A stretch of 64,000 nt of DNA from a virus, in the IMG/VR virus record IMGVR_UViG_3300049043_000070, positions 64,001-128,000 of that record. One strand, written 5' to 3'. The notes beneath the pieces were generated by a model, which saw only the letters and a list, made by a program, of their open reading frames with translations, made no database searches and had not been told where the DNA came from. Shown piece by piece: positions 1 to 11,700 of this stretch. Position numbers and translations under genes: made by a program. Position 1 is the first letter of the stretch, and every line of letters begins with the position of its first letter.

Positions 1-2
1 TT

Positions 3-3000
3 CCAGATTATGTTGATGGAGAAAATAGAGTATTTGATCTTTATTGGGAAAATGGCGATGAAGTCATCACAGATGAGGATGAAGATCTTTTCTTAACAAT
101 TAATGCTGTTCTACAGAGACCAAAATATACCGAAGATTATCCAAGATTTGATTCTTATTACATCAAAAGAGATGTAATACCAAACCAATTGGTATTTGAT
201 GTAGCTCCAATCTGGGATCAAGATTTTAGTGCCAAGAGTATCGGGGAACCAACTGCCGTTGAAAAAGTTGTAGGTATTGGTGTTGGTAATTACAAGAGAT
301 TAACCATTGATTATAATTTGGTTAATGGTACTAGATCTGGTCCATTCTTAATATTAGATGTTGAGGATTTAACCGTACAAAATATAGAAGAACCAGACTT
401 TTTATATGTCTTCCTAGATGGAGTGTTACAAAGAGAAGGATATTCATATACGATTTCTGGTCCAAATATTTTCTTCAATGTTCCGATTTTAGAAGAAATG
501 AAGATTGATATGAGATATTTGTACGGAAGAGATGTCGGACAAGTACTTAACATTTATGATTTTAATCCTGATACTTATTACGCAAAATCAAGAGTTTCTA
601 TACAAGTTACTGGTGGATTGTCTCAATTTATTAACTATGGGTGGATGGGTGATAAGATTGGTTCTTCAATTCACGCATATCAAGTAAATGGAAATAATAC
701 TTACAATGTGATTGGAGAAATTTCAAATGTTTACGTAAACGGGAATACGATTGAATTTGATGTATTTGGAAACAAATATCAAATTGACAATACCAAAAAT
801 ATAATTTTTTCTGTAAAAGGTTTTTACGATCTTAATACTTCTATTTCTATTTCAAACTCCACTGTTGTATTTGAAAAAGATGAAGATAACAGATTATTAC
901 TTTCAGATTTAAATCAAATTTGGTCTGGCACAATTTTAGGAAAAACTTATAAGAAACCATTTGTTTTCCTATCAAACAATGATTTAATCCGAATTGATGG
1001 CGAAGAAAGTTTTAGAAAAATTAAAAAACTGCCAGGAGTAGCAGTCAGCAAAGAGAATAGAAGTAATCAACAAGTTTCTAATTCTCTTTATGGAACCGTT
1101 GATGTCGAGACTTACAATGGAGTTACTCGTGGAGAAGGTCTTAGTGTTGTAGCAAAAATAGAAAATGGTAAAGTCATCGGTCTTGAATGGAACCAGAGAA
1201 GTTATGATCCCCTAACTCAACCAACAGCATATCAATACTACATTCCTCCTGTATTAAACTTTATCTCTACAGATGGGAATGGTGGTGGAGCTAGGGCTAA
1301 TGTTTTAGTAAGCAAAGGTCAAGTCATTAGCGTTGATTTGATTGATGGTGGATCTGGATATACAAAAGCACCAAAAGTTGTTGTTTCAAGAGGATATGAT
1401 ATTCTTTCTGAAAGAGATATCGGTGTATCTTTAATCAACGTTGGTGTTAATTCTTTTGTAGATCTTGAGAGTTTAACTATTGTATCCATTGTTGATGTTC
1501 TTGGAAATCAAATTTCTGGTGTCAATTCTTTCACATCTATTTTCTTTGATAGTCCTGTATCTTCTGATAGAGTTATTACATCTATTATTCAATTAGTAAG
1601 AAATACTGGTGATAATCTAAGTAGAGAGCATATTGAATTCTTAGATACTATAGCGCCAGAGTTAGACGAGGTAAAAGTTGTAACAATATCTGAAGAACCA
1701 ACGATAATAATTGCTCAAATTCAAGATATTATCTCTAATACTACGATTTCAACAAGCCAACAAATTACAACAACAGTTGAAAATCTAATTCCCAATGATG
1801 CTCTTTCTAATGTTAATTACTATGCTACTGGTGCTTATCTTGATGTTGATCTTGGTGCATCAGACAATATTGTATACGTTGCTGATACAAGTAAATTCAA
1901 GACAAATGGTTATCTATTAATTGGTGATGAGATTGTTAGATATTACAGAAAGTTAAGTGATCGTTTCCTCAAAGTACAAAGAGGACAATCAAACACGATT
2001 GCTAAATCTTGGACAGCAGGAACTTTCTTGCGTCAAATTCCAGATCCAATATCTACTGTATTTGGCGGCGTATCTGTAGTTGAATCACAATCACAAGTTG
2101 TAACAGTTAAGGGCGGAACATCAGCAATAGAGGGAATTGAAGAAAGAAAAACACAATTCCAAATTATTTCTCCATCAACATCTGTTACAACTACTTCCAT
2201 TTGTATAGTAGCTGAATTACAACCAGAAATTTCAGTTCAATCTATATCCTCTATTTTTGTTGATGGTGGAAATAGAATTATTGAAGCAGGATCAACCAAT
2301 ATTATATCTGGTTTTGATCTGAGATATTTGGCGGTAGAACTAAGAGGAGAAATAAAAAAAGAAGAAATTAAATTATCAGAATTCTTAATTTCAGAAAAAC
2401 TTGTAAATATTTCAGTTTCTCCATTTGTTTATTATAATTCTGTAGTAACAACTACATCAAGATGTCAATCTGAGATAGCAACACAAGCATTTAGTATTCT
2501 AAATTCTATCGCAGATACTGAGCTCAATATATCAGTTAAAATACAAAGTGTTACAAGTGAAGTATCACAAATTTATATCAATCAAACAGAAGTATTAATC
2601 ATTCCTCCACCAACAGGAATTGTTGATGGTTATACAGAAAGTTCCTTACTAAGTGATCCAATTTTCACAAGAATAAATGGTTTTATAAACCTAGATGATA
2701 TAAATGGACAATATTTTGTTGGCAGAAGATCATTACCGGATATTTTAATAAGAAATGCTATATTTGGTGGCTTAACAGAATATATTGGAACATATGAAAA
2801 AACCAATGCTGGGCATAGAATTTCGCATTTTTCTGGAATATTTGATGATGGATCTGCTAGAGTTTCTGGGACAACAATACAAGAAATTGATACATATTAT
2901 CCATCTTTAACATTACAAGATTTTACAGATAGAGCAAATTCAAGCTATACTCTCTCTGGAGATTATTTTAATCTTCTTCCTCCATCAATTCAAAATCCAG

Positions 3001-3809
3001 TTGCTACTTCTCAATTTACAGGAACAATTCAATCTACAATAGATGTTCCAAATACTTCTTATTTCCCATCTAGTGGTTATTTGACGACTGGAAATGGTGG
3101 TGTTATTCAGTATACTGGCAAAACTTCCACATCATTTACTGGTTGTTCATCTGTTAGAGGTTCTAATTTCTTAGTTGGAAAATCTGTTAAATTTGATGGA
3201 AATGGTGATTATTTACAAATATCCTCAGCATCTGATTTTGATTTTGGTAATGGAGATTATGGCATAGAATGTTTTGTTAATCTAACAAGTGTAACTGGAT
3301 ATTCAATGATATTTGCCTTAACTGGTATTAATTGGTATTGGGGAATTCGCAATAATTCTGGTAATTTATACTTAACTTCGTTTGACGGATCTTCAGTTTT
3401 AGAACAAACTTCTGGAACAAGGATTCAATTATCTACTTTAAATCATATTGCTTGGACAAGATCTGGAACAACATTTAGAGCTTTCCTAAATGGTTTTCAA
3501 GTCTTCACTGGAACTTCTTCTCAAACTGCCGATGCTACCGGATGTACTGTTGGTTACGCTACGAATTATCTCAATCAATATCAATTGAATGGATATATGT
3601 CAAGTTTACGAGTTGTTAAAGGTTCTCCAGTTTATACTCAAAACTTTGATATTCCAAGCAAATTGTCATCTATTTCTGGAACTGTTTTATTGACGTGTCA
3701 AGGAAATACAATTGTTGATAATAGTCCATCTCCAAAATCAATAACTGTAAATGGAAACACATCTGTTTCTGACACGGGAACAGAAATAGTACCATTTCAA
3801 TTGACATAA
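3..3809 (+). CDS. gp7: Baseplate wedge initiator (gp7-like) large structural protein, 5'-truncated by the window edge; LamG/concanavalin-A-like domain near the C-terminus
   Basis: Frame is open from position 3 (PDYVDGENRVFDL...), so the real start lies upstream. Lies immediately before gp8, as in cyanomyoviruses. Has GSGY-x-x-x-P-x-V repeats and a LamG-like segment (SVKFDGNGDYL...HIAWTRSG...FLNG...GYMSSLRVVKG). Confidence 0.7.
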   Translation, partial: PDYVDGENRVFDLYWENGDEVITDEDEDLFLTINAVLQRPKYTEDYPRFDSYYIKRDVIPNQLVFDVAPIWDQDFSAKSIGEPTAVEKVVGIGVGNYKRLTIDYNLVNGTRSGPFLILDVEDLTVQNIEEPDFLYVFLDGVLQREGYSYTISGPNIFFNVPILEEMKIDMRYLYGRDVGQVLNIYDFNPDTYYAKSRVSIQVTGGLSQFINYGWMGDKIGSSIHAYQVNGNNTYNVIGEISNVYVNGNTIEFDVFGNKYQIDNTKNIIFSVKGFYDLNTSISISNSTVVFEKDEDNRLLLSDLNQIWSGTILGKTYKKPFVFLSNNDLIRIDGEESFRKIKKLPGVAVSKENRSNQQVSNSLYGTVDVETYNGVTRGEGLSVVAKIENGKVIGLEWNQRSYDPLTQPTAYQYYIPPVLNFISTDGNGGGARANVLVSKGQVISVDLIDGGSGYTKAPKVVVSRGYDILSERDIGVSLINVGVNSFVDLESLTIVSIVDVLGNQISGVNSFTSIFFDSPVSSDRVITSIIQLVRNTGDNLSREHIEFLDTIAPELDEVKVVTISEEPTIIIAQIQDIISNTTISTSQQITTTVENLIPNDALSNVNYYATGAYLDVDLGASDNIVYVADTSKFKTNGYLLIGDEIVRYYRKLSDRFLKVQRGQSNTIAKSWTAGTFLRQIPDPISTVFGGVSVVESQSQVVTVKGGTSAIEGIEERKTQFQIISPSTSVTTTSICIVAELQPEISVQSISSIFVDGGNRIIEAGSTNIISGFDLRYLAVELRGEIKKEEIKLSEFLISEKLVNISVSPFVYYNSVVTTTSRCQSEIATQAFSILNSIADTELNISVKIQSVTSEVSQIYINQTEVLIIPPPTGIVDGYTESSLLSDPIFTRINGFINLDDINGQYFVGRRSLPDILIRNAIFGGLTEYIGTYEKTNAGHRISHFSGIFDDGSARVSGTTIQEIDTYYPSLTLQDFTDRANSSYTLSGDYFNLLPPSIQNPVATSQFTGTIQSTIDVPNTSYFPSSGYLTTGNGGVIQYTGKTSTSFTGCSSVRGSNFLVGKSVKFDGNGDYLQISSASDFDFGNGDYGIECFVNLTSVTGYSMIFALTGINWYWGIRNNSGNLYLTSFDGSSVLEQTSGTRIQLSTLNHIAWTRSGTTFRAFLNGFQVFTGTSSQTADATGCTVGYATNYLNQYQLNGYMSSLRVVKGSPVYTQNFDIPSKLSSISGTVLLTCQGNTIVDNSPSPKSITVNGNTSVSDTGTEIVPFQLT

Positions 3810-3816
3810 ATAACGG

Positions 3817-3830
3817 TATAAATATAAATA
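3817..3830 (+). promoter_or_regulatory. T4-type late promoter(s), overlapping TATAAATA x2
   Basis: TATAAATA at 3817-3824 and 3823-3830, upstream of gp8; matches the gp55-dependent late consensus. Confidence 0.75.
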
Positions 3831-3864
3831 ACTTTGGCACAAATCACGTCGGAACGGAAAACCA

Positions 3865-5691
3865 ATGGCTGCTATTATTTCTGATAAGTTTAGAATTTTT
3901 AATGCGAAGCAATTTTTAGAATCGCTAACTGAAGGTGCTACGGATACTGGTTCCGAGCGTACTAGAATGTACTTCTTTGTTGGTCGCCCACAACCATGGA
4001 GGGCATACCTAGAGATTTATTCTAAGGGAACTGTAAATTTTACAGTTGGTCATAAAATTTTTGTTGGTACAACTGCTGGTCAATATGCTGCTTCTGCGTT
4101 TAAAGCAACAATCGCAGCCGTTTATGATTCTGCTATCTTGTTAACCGACGTGTTTGGAACAAGCGGAGTTAATTCGGTTCCTGCTGTTGGAAGCACAATT
4201 ACCGCCACTGCTGATAATGGATCAACAATTGTCACCAACGCAACAGCAAAGACTGGTGTGTATCGTTACGCTACGGAAGATGTGCCGCCACTTCCTTTAG
4301 ACAACCAGGCAGAGAAAATTGCCGTTTATGATGAGATTATTGCTGCGAAGCGTATCACGGATGCTTTCGCAAGAGCAGTAGTTCGCCGTTATAACTGGGA
4401 TTTGGTTGCCAATCCTAAGTTTGACATGTGGAAACCAGACTATTCCGCCACTCCTGGAGGAGGCGGACAGATTGGAAAAACAACCGCAACTGGTGCGACA
4501 TCAATTGCAGATGCAAAATTTTATGTAATGAATTCCGCATATGAAGTATTTAAATGTCTCTATAACGGAGAAAATCCAGCAAACGCTAGCGGACAAAATG
4601 CAACCGAAGAACCAATTACTACTGGTGCTAACTATACCGCAGGAACTGGTATTTACAAAGAAACAACTGGTGCTGGATACATCTGGAAGTATATGTATAC
4701 AATGCCTACCGATGATGTTCTAAGATTTCTTTCATCGGACTTTATGCCAATTGTTCTTCCATCAAACTCTTCACGTCAAGCAGTGGTAGCAGCAGCAGTT
4801 GACGGAGCAATTGATGTTGTAACTATTGAAGATGCAGGATCCGGTCTTCCTGCTTCACAAACCCTCTACACATCAATTAAAGGTGATGGAACAGGTGGTA
4901 TCGTTAAGTTTGTAACAAATGGAAGCGGTGCTATTACCTCAGCAGAAATTCAAGCAAGAGGATCTGGATACACCTATGCCAATGTTCTTCTTGGAAATGG
5001 TAACTTATTCAGCAATGTTGGATTGTCAACTGGTGTTGCCACGGCAAGCGGATGGAAAGGTGCTATTGAGGCAATTCTTCCTCCTCTTGGTGGTCATGGT
5101 AGCGATCATGAGGAAGAACTCAATGCTAAGAGAGTTATGACAAACATCCGTCTAACTTATGCTGAAGGTTCTGGTGACTTCCCAGTTGACAACGATTTCC
5201 GTAGAATTGGTATTCTTAAGGATCCACAAAACTTTGGAACAACAACTTTCTCTACAGCAGATACTCTCTCCGGTCTAAGAGCAGTTAAGATCACTGGAGC
5301 TGACTGCCGATTTTATCACAGACGAAAGAATTCAACAAACAGTAACAGGTGGTACTGCTTACGGTACTGTCGTTCTTGGACCCTTGATTCTGGTTCAACA
5401 ACTGCTGGTGTTCTTAAGTACATTCAAACCAATGATGCTCACACTGATTCTGGTATTGTAAGAGCGTTTGAAAGCAATGGCGCTAACGCAATTACTGGTC
5501 AGTTGTCTAGTGCTTCTGGAACTGTAAATACTTCATACAATTCTTCTATCCTTGGTTCCACATTCACCAATGGATTGGCAAATCCAGAAGTTAAGAATAA
5601 TTCGGGTGAAGTAATTTATATTGAGAACCGCCGTCTCATCACTCGCGCACCTGACCAAATTGAAGACATCAAACTCGTAATTGAGTTCTGA
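3865..5691 (+). CDS. gp8: Baseplate wedge subunit gp8
   Basis: MAAIISDKFRIFNAKQF, Y-x-F-x-GRPQPW, YIWKYMYT, NDFRRIGILKDP and C-terminal YIENRRLITRAPDQIEDIKLVIEF are typical of cyanophage gp8. Two compensating indels near 5300-5375 give a short out-of-frame stretch. Confidence 0.9.
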   Translation: MAAIISDKFRIFNAKQFLESLTEGATDTGSERTRMYFFVGRPQPWRAYLEIYSKGTVNFTVGHKIFVGTTAGQYAASAFKATIAAVYDSAILLTDVFGTSGVNSVPAVGSTITATADNGSTIVTNATAKTGVYRYATEDVPPLPLDNQAEKIAVYDEIIAAKRITDAFARAVVRRYNWDLVANPKFDMWKPDYSATPGGGGQIGKTTATGATSIADAKFYVMNSAYEVFKCLYNGENPANASGQNATEEPITTGANYTAGTGIYKETTGAGYIWKYMYTMPTDDVLRFLSSDFMPIVLPSNSSRQAVVAAAVDGAIDVVTIEDAGSGLPASQTLYTSIKGDGTGGIVKFVTNGSGAITSAEIQARGSGYTYANVLLGNGNLFSNVGLSTGVATASGWKGAIEAILPPLGGHGSDHEEELNAKRVMTNIRLTYAEGSGDFPVDNDFRRIGILKDPQNFGTTTFSTADTLSGLRAVKITGADCRFYHRRKNSTNSNRWYCLRYCRSWTLDSGSTTAGVLKYIQTNDAHTDSGIVRAFESNGANAITGQLSSASGTVNTSYNSSILGSTFTNGLANPEVKNNSGEVIYIENRRLITRAPDQIEDIKLVIEF

Positions 5692-5749
5692 TCTTTCAAA
5701 ACTTCGCTAAATACTTCAACGAGAATGCTAGTATTATTGGCGAGGTACA

Positions 5750-8700
5750 ATGCCACAGAAGACCAACCTTAACGTAAATCCTTATTACGAGGACTTTGAT
5801 GCGAAAAAGAATTTTTACAAGATTCTTTTTCGTCCTGGATACTCCATTCAAGGCAGAGAATTAACCCAATTACAATCAACTCTCCAAAATCAAATTGAAA
5901 GCTTTGGAAAATATGCTTTCAAGCAAGGAGAAATGGTTATCCCCGGTGAGGTTGGTCTCAATACAAAATTAGATTACGTTAAACTATCATCTGTTTCTGA
6001 AGTAGCAGTAAATGAAGGAAACGATATCGTTTATAAAAAATATGATATTTCACAACTAGTTGGACAACAATTAGTTGGTTTAACTTCTGGTGTTATTGGA
6101 ACAATTCTGGCAACTAAAGAGGCAACAGAATTTTCTGCCGATACTATTTTTGTAAATTACTTAACAAGTGGTAATTCAACCACAGAAGAGACTTTTAGAC
6201 AGGGTGAGACACTAGAAGTCGTTGATGGTGTTAACACGCCACTGCTGGTCGTTGGAACTGATGGTAGCGTTCTTCCAACAAGTATTAGCATTACAAACCC
6301 AGATACTGGAGAAGTTACTTCTTTAGAAAGCCCAGCAATGGGATATGCTTCTGCCGTAAAGGTAGAAGAAGGAATTTATTTTGTCAATGGATATTTTGTA
6401 AGAAATGATGCCGATCTTCTTGTAATTGAGGAATATTACGATAAACCATCTGCTAAGGTTGGTTTTGTAATTAATGAACAAATTGTAACTCCAGAAGAAG
6501 ATAATTCTTTATACGATAATGCTATTGGATCTTCAAACTATACTGCTCCTGGAGCACATAGATTAAAAATTTCTCTTTCACTAAAAGAGTTTGATCTGAA
6601 CGCGATTACAGATAAAAACTTTATTCAACTCCTAACCGTTTCAAGGGGGGTAGTTCAAAAAAAGTATCGCCAACCGACTACAATCTTTTAGAAGAAACAT
6701 TAGCAAGAAGAACTTTTGATGAAAGTGGAGACTATGTTGTAGATAATTTCTCCATTGATGTCAGAGAATACGCTCAAAAAGATGGAAACAGAGGCATATA
6801 CTCTGCTGATGAGTTTGGATTATTTAACGGAATTACCTCCGGCGAAGCTTCACGAAAGATGATTGCCAGTATTAGTCCTGGTAAAGCATATATCAAAGGA
6901 TACGAAATTGTCAATAAAGAAACAAAATATCTTGAGATTAACAAAGCAAGAGAAAGTCTGAGTAGTGATAACGTAACATTAAAATCAAAAGGTTTGCCAA
7001 CTTTTAGCGTCACTAACGTATTTGGTAGCATCCCATTAAACAAAGAAGGAGCAGATCTTACAGCATACCCAGATGTATTTTTATACTCTAGTTTCAATGA
7101 TGGATCTATTGGATTAAACAATACTGAACTTCCATCAGATCACAGACAAACTCTTAATAGAAGGGGACTGATTTTTAATTCAAATGACGCCATCAAAACG
7201 ATTACTATTCAGGTAAGTAGCACAACCACATTAATTGGTTCCATCACTGATAGCACTTTTCAGAATTTAATCGGAACACTGTATTATATCAAGTCTAGAA
7301 GCGATGTAGGATCTCCAACATCTGTTGGAAGATTTACTTCTTTATCATATGCAACTGTTAATAAACCATTGATCAATCCATCTGTATCAGTTCAATTCCT
7401 GGAACTTACTGTTGTTGGTCCAAAGGATGAATTGGAGTTATTGCTTCTAGAATATGATAATGGAGATAGTGAATTTAGAAGAAGATTGTTCTTGTCAGAA
7501 AATGATGCTCAAAGTGATGACAATGAATTTGGGTTCATTGTTGATTATCGTCAAACTATCACACCTGTCGTTGGAAAAGTAAAACCAAGTAATTTTTATC
7601 TACAGAAAAAGAGGACCTGGATTTAATTCAGATTCTGATATCATTTTATCAAAAGGTCGTCTTTCTCAGAGGATCTTCTGCTTACAATTCTATTTTTGGG
7701 TTTTCTTACTTTGACCCCCAGTTCTTTACTAAGATTACTCTAGAATCGGTTATAACAGGCGCCGATGCTTTTGATGAAGGAAAGTATGTGTTCGGTCTTA
7801 CTAGCAGCGCATATGGCGTTGTAGAGGGCACTGCGTCTGGTGTTTACACTACAAGCAATCTCTTGTTTGTAAAGACATTATCGGGAAGATTTTTACCAGG
7901 AGAAACGATTAGGGATGAATCTGGCAATACAATTAAAATTGCCAAGGAGAATACTATTTCTCATTTTATTATTCAGAACAGAGGTCTTGGTTATTCTGCT
8001 GGAGCAACAATCATTATTAATGGTTTAGAATTTGATTCATCTAAAGTACAGTTATCTTTAACCGGTGATGGAAAAGTATACAAGGCTATTATTAATAATA
8101 GAAGTGCCCTTAATGTTGAATATTCCCAACCACCAGCAGTGAGTGTAAAAAATCCAGATGGAGCAACACCTCCTAATGCTGGAGCAGCAATTATTCCTGT
8201 CTTATTCAGAGACTCTGTTATTACATACACCCCACAGAATGTTAAATCAATTGGTTGTAGATATGGATCCGGAAACGCAAACGCATTTAGTGCCGATATC
8301 CTAATTGATGATCAAGATTTTTCAGAAATTAAATCCGTAACTGATTTTACATTCTTTGGTTCGCAGGGTTATGATTTTATTGAATCAACTAGCTTTAGTG
8401 CTGATGCTAGCTCACTGCTAGTACAGGGAGATATGGTTCAATTCTCTGACGTAGACAATAATCTAGTTAGAGCAATTGTTCAATACGCAACAAAGCCATC
8501 GGGATCTTCTAAAACAAGAGTTTATCTAGACACGGTTCTTCCTGGAGGTGTCAGCAATACCAGCATTGTGCGTCTAAGACCAAAATTACAAAACCCAAAT
8601 TCCGGAACTTTATTATTTCCTACTGGGAGTAAGCAAGTAGAAAAAATTTCTGCTGGTGGAGATGACACAAAAATCAAATATTATTTCAGAAGAGATTTTG

Positions 8701-11700
8701 TCACTACTGCTTCTGCTAGTGGTGGTACAATTACATTTGCTGCTCAGTTACCTTTCGGAACACAAAGATTTTCAGCATTCACCGAAAATAATTTTATTAT
8801 CACTGTCTTGAATAGAGGTGATGCGCCAAATATTCAAAACGGAGATATTATCTATGTTGATCCGGATGCGATTGAAATTTCTTCTTCAACTGATACCGCA
8901 AGCGGTTTAACTTCTGGAAGTATTAGTTTAAATCTTCCTTCAACATATTTTGGAACAATTCCTTCAAATGGAACATTTCCAAAATTAAAACTAACCGCAA
9001 CTCTTGAAGTAAGCAATGCCAAACCAAGATTAAAGACTGTGATTAGAAATAAAAGAATTGTGGTGAACTCTTCTGGAGATAGAGTTCTTCCATTCAGAGG
9101 TACTGATTATGACAATGAAGTTGTTGAAGTTCTTTCGTACTCTGACGCATTTAAATTAAGATACGTTTATGAGGGAACTAGCACTCAACCACCCGATGTG
9201 GATAGTGCTGGTAATCTCATTTCCGGCACTGATGTTACATCAAGATTTACATTTGATGATGGTCAAAGAGACACAATCTATGATGTTTCTAGAATTGTTT
9301 TAAAGCCAGGATTTGAACCAACTTCCGGTCAAATTTTAATCGCATTTGATTACTTTGAACATTCTCAGGGAGACTTCTGTACGATTGACAGTTATCTACA
9401 TGAAGCCGAGAGTTGGTGAAGATGAAATACCAGCATTTAATTCGTCTGTTCACGGAAATCTTGAATTAAAGAACGTTTTAGATTTTAGACCAAAAGTAGA
9501 TAACAATGCAGTTATTGCTGGTTATCAAGATGTCTCATCATTAGAGATTACATCTGGGCAGTTCTCCGGATCTGGTTCCGTGATTGCGGCAACTCCTGCT
9601 CCAGATCCAAATATTGATTATACATTCTCATTTAGTCAAGTTCAATATCTTGACCGCATTGATGGTATTTTCTTGAATAAGCGTGGAGAATTTTTTGTCA
9701 AAGAAGGAAATTCTTCTCTCAACCCATCAAAACCAGATTCTGTTGATGATGCTGTTTCTCTCTTTTATGTCTATGTTCCAGCATACACAAAGACAAGCAA
9801 AGATGTAAGAGTTACTCCAGTAGATAATCGTAGATATACAATGAGAGATATTGGAAAACTTGAGAAGCGTATTGAGCGTCTAGAGTATTACACAACTCTC
9901 AGTATTCTTGAGCAACAAGCTCTCAATATGCAGGTAAAGGATGAAATCGGTTTAGATAGATTTAAGAGTGGATTTTTTGTTGATAATTTCGAAACTCATA
10001 GAGTTGGTAATCTATCATCATTAGATTATCGCTGTGCTGTTGACAGTCAGCAATCTGTTCTTTCGTCCACAGTCCAGAAGAAGATTCTATTCTTTTAAGA
10101 GAAGTTAATACTCAGAGAAGATCGAAGATCTATTGCTGGTTATAAAAAGTCAGGCAGTGTTATTACACTACCATACACTAATCTAGAATTACTTGGCAAC
10201 TCTTTTGCTTCCAAGAGTTAAATCCAAATCCATTTGTTGTTATTCAATATGTTGGAGATGTAGAAATTTCTCCAAATATTGATCATTGGTATGATCAATC
10301 TATTGATCCTATTGTGGTTGACACTAACACTAGTCTATTCAATATCTTTTTAGCAAAAGACAACTCTAAAGAAAGTTTTTCTAGTCTTCACAATTCATTC
10401 ATTGTGAATTGGGTTGGTACTGCTCCAGCATTTACTTCAATCAATTCGCTTGGAGAAGTTAATACACAACAAGCAACATCTGCGGTCTCTATGGCTTCAA
10501 CAGCAAGTTCTTCAAATATTAGTCCTCAGAATAATGATGTTGGAAAAGGTGTACAGACAAAATCGGTTAATGGCAAACTTGTATCTACTGCTCTGTCTTT
10601 CTTCACTCGTAGTGTTCCAGTAAAATATGTAATTAGAAGATTAAAACCAAATACAAAGGTAAATGTATTCCTAGAAGGAAGAAATGTAAATCGCTGGATT
10701 AATCCAGATCTAAGATTTACTGGAATTGCTGGTAATTCTCTTTCGTCATTTAATGGAGATATCGTAACAGATGAAAATGGTAATGCTAGTGGTTTAATTT
10801 TGGTTCCTGCTGGTGTTCCTCCAAGAGAAAATGCGACTTGGACAGGAGATGTCAATACTATTGATTACTGATACGACAGGGGAAGAAATTCGCCTCACAA
10901 CTGGAGTACTGACTTCAGATTTACTTCAAGTAGTTCTGACGCTCCGAAAGATACGGTAGATGCATACGCTGAAGTTAAGTATTATGCTACTGGATTGCTA
11001 CCAGAAATCCTGCTAGCATTGTATCAACCAGACCATCTTACTTCAAATCAAATGAAGGAGTTCAGGTCATTGATAGTAATACTCGATAATCCATTACGTC
11101 CAAATCCTCTGGCACAAACTTTTAAAGTTGAAAACTATGATGGTGGATTATATTACCACTGGGTTAGATTTATTCTTTTTCCAAGAAGAGCAGCAATATT
11201 CCAGTTAAGGTATATTTGACTGACGTTATATCTGGAAAACCAGGCAAAAATGTCATTCCTGGTTCTGAAAAGGTTTTAAATCCAAATACATTCTTGAAGT
11301 GTTACGCAAATGGAAATGTTTCTGTCACCCAGGGAGAACTCGTTACTGGAGCAAGTTCTTCTGCTAGCGGTCCAGTATTAAAAATTATTGATAAGAACAG
11401 TGTAGAGGCTTACAGCATCAACATCTGGAAGATATTCATTAACCAACGAACAAGTATATACTCTAGTTCTTGGTAATCATAATGGTAAAGCATTCAAGCA
11501 AAATGAAGATCTAATACGTTTTCATCTGTTACTTTAGCAAATGCTACAGATGGAACAGATTTGAAATTAACTATTGCTAAAGATAGCGGTAAGTTATCAG
11601 ATATTAGAATTAAGAACCCAGGACAAAACTACAGTAGCGCAATTCTAACTATTGAAAGCCCACAACTTCCTGGCGGATCTGTAGCAACTGCTCGTATTGA

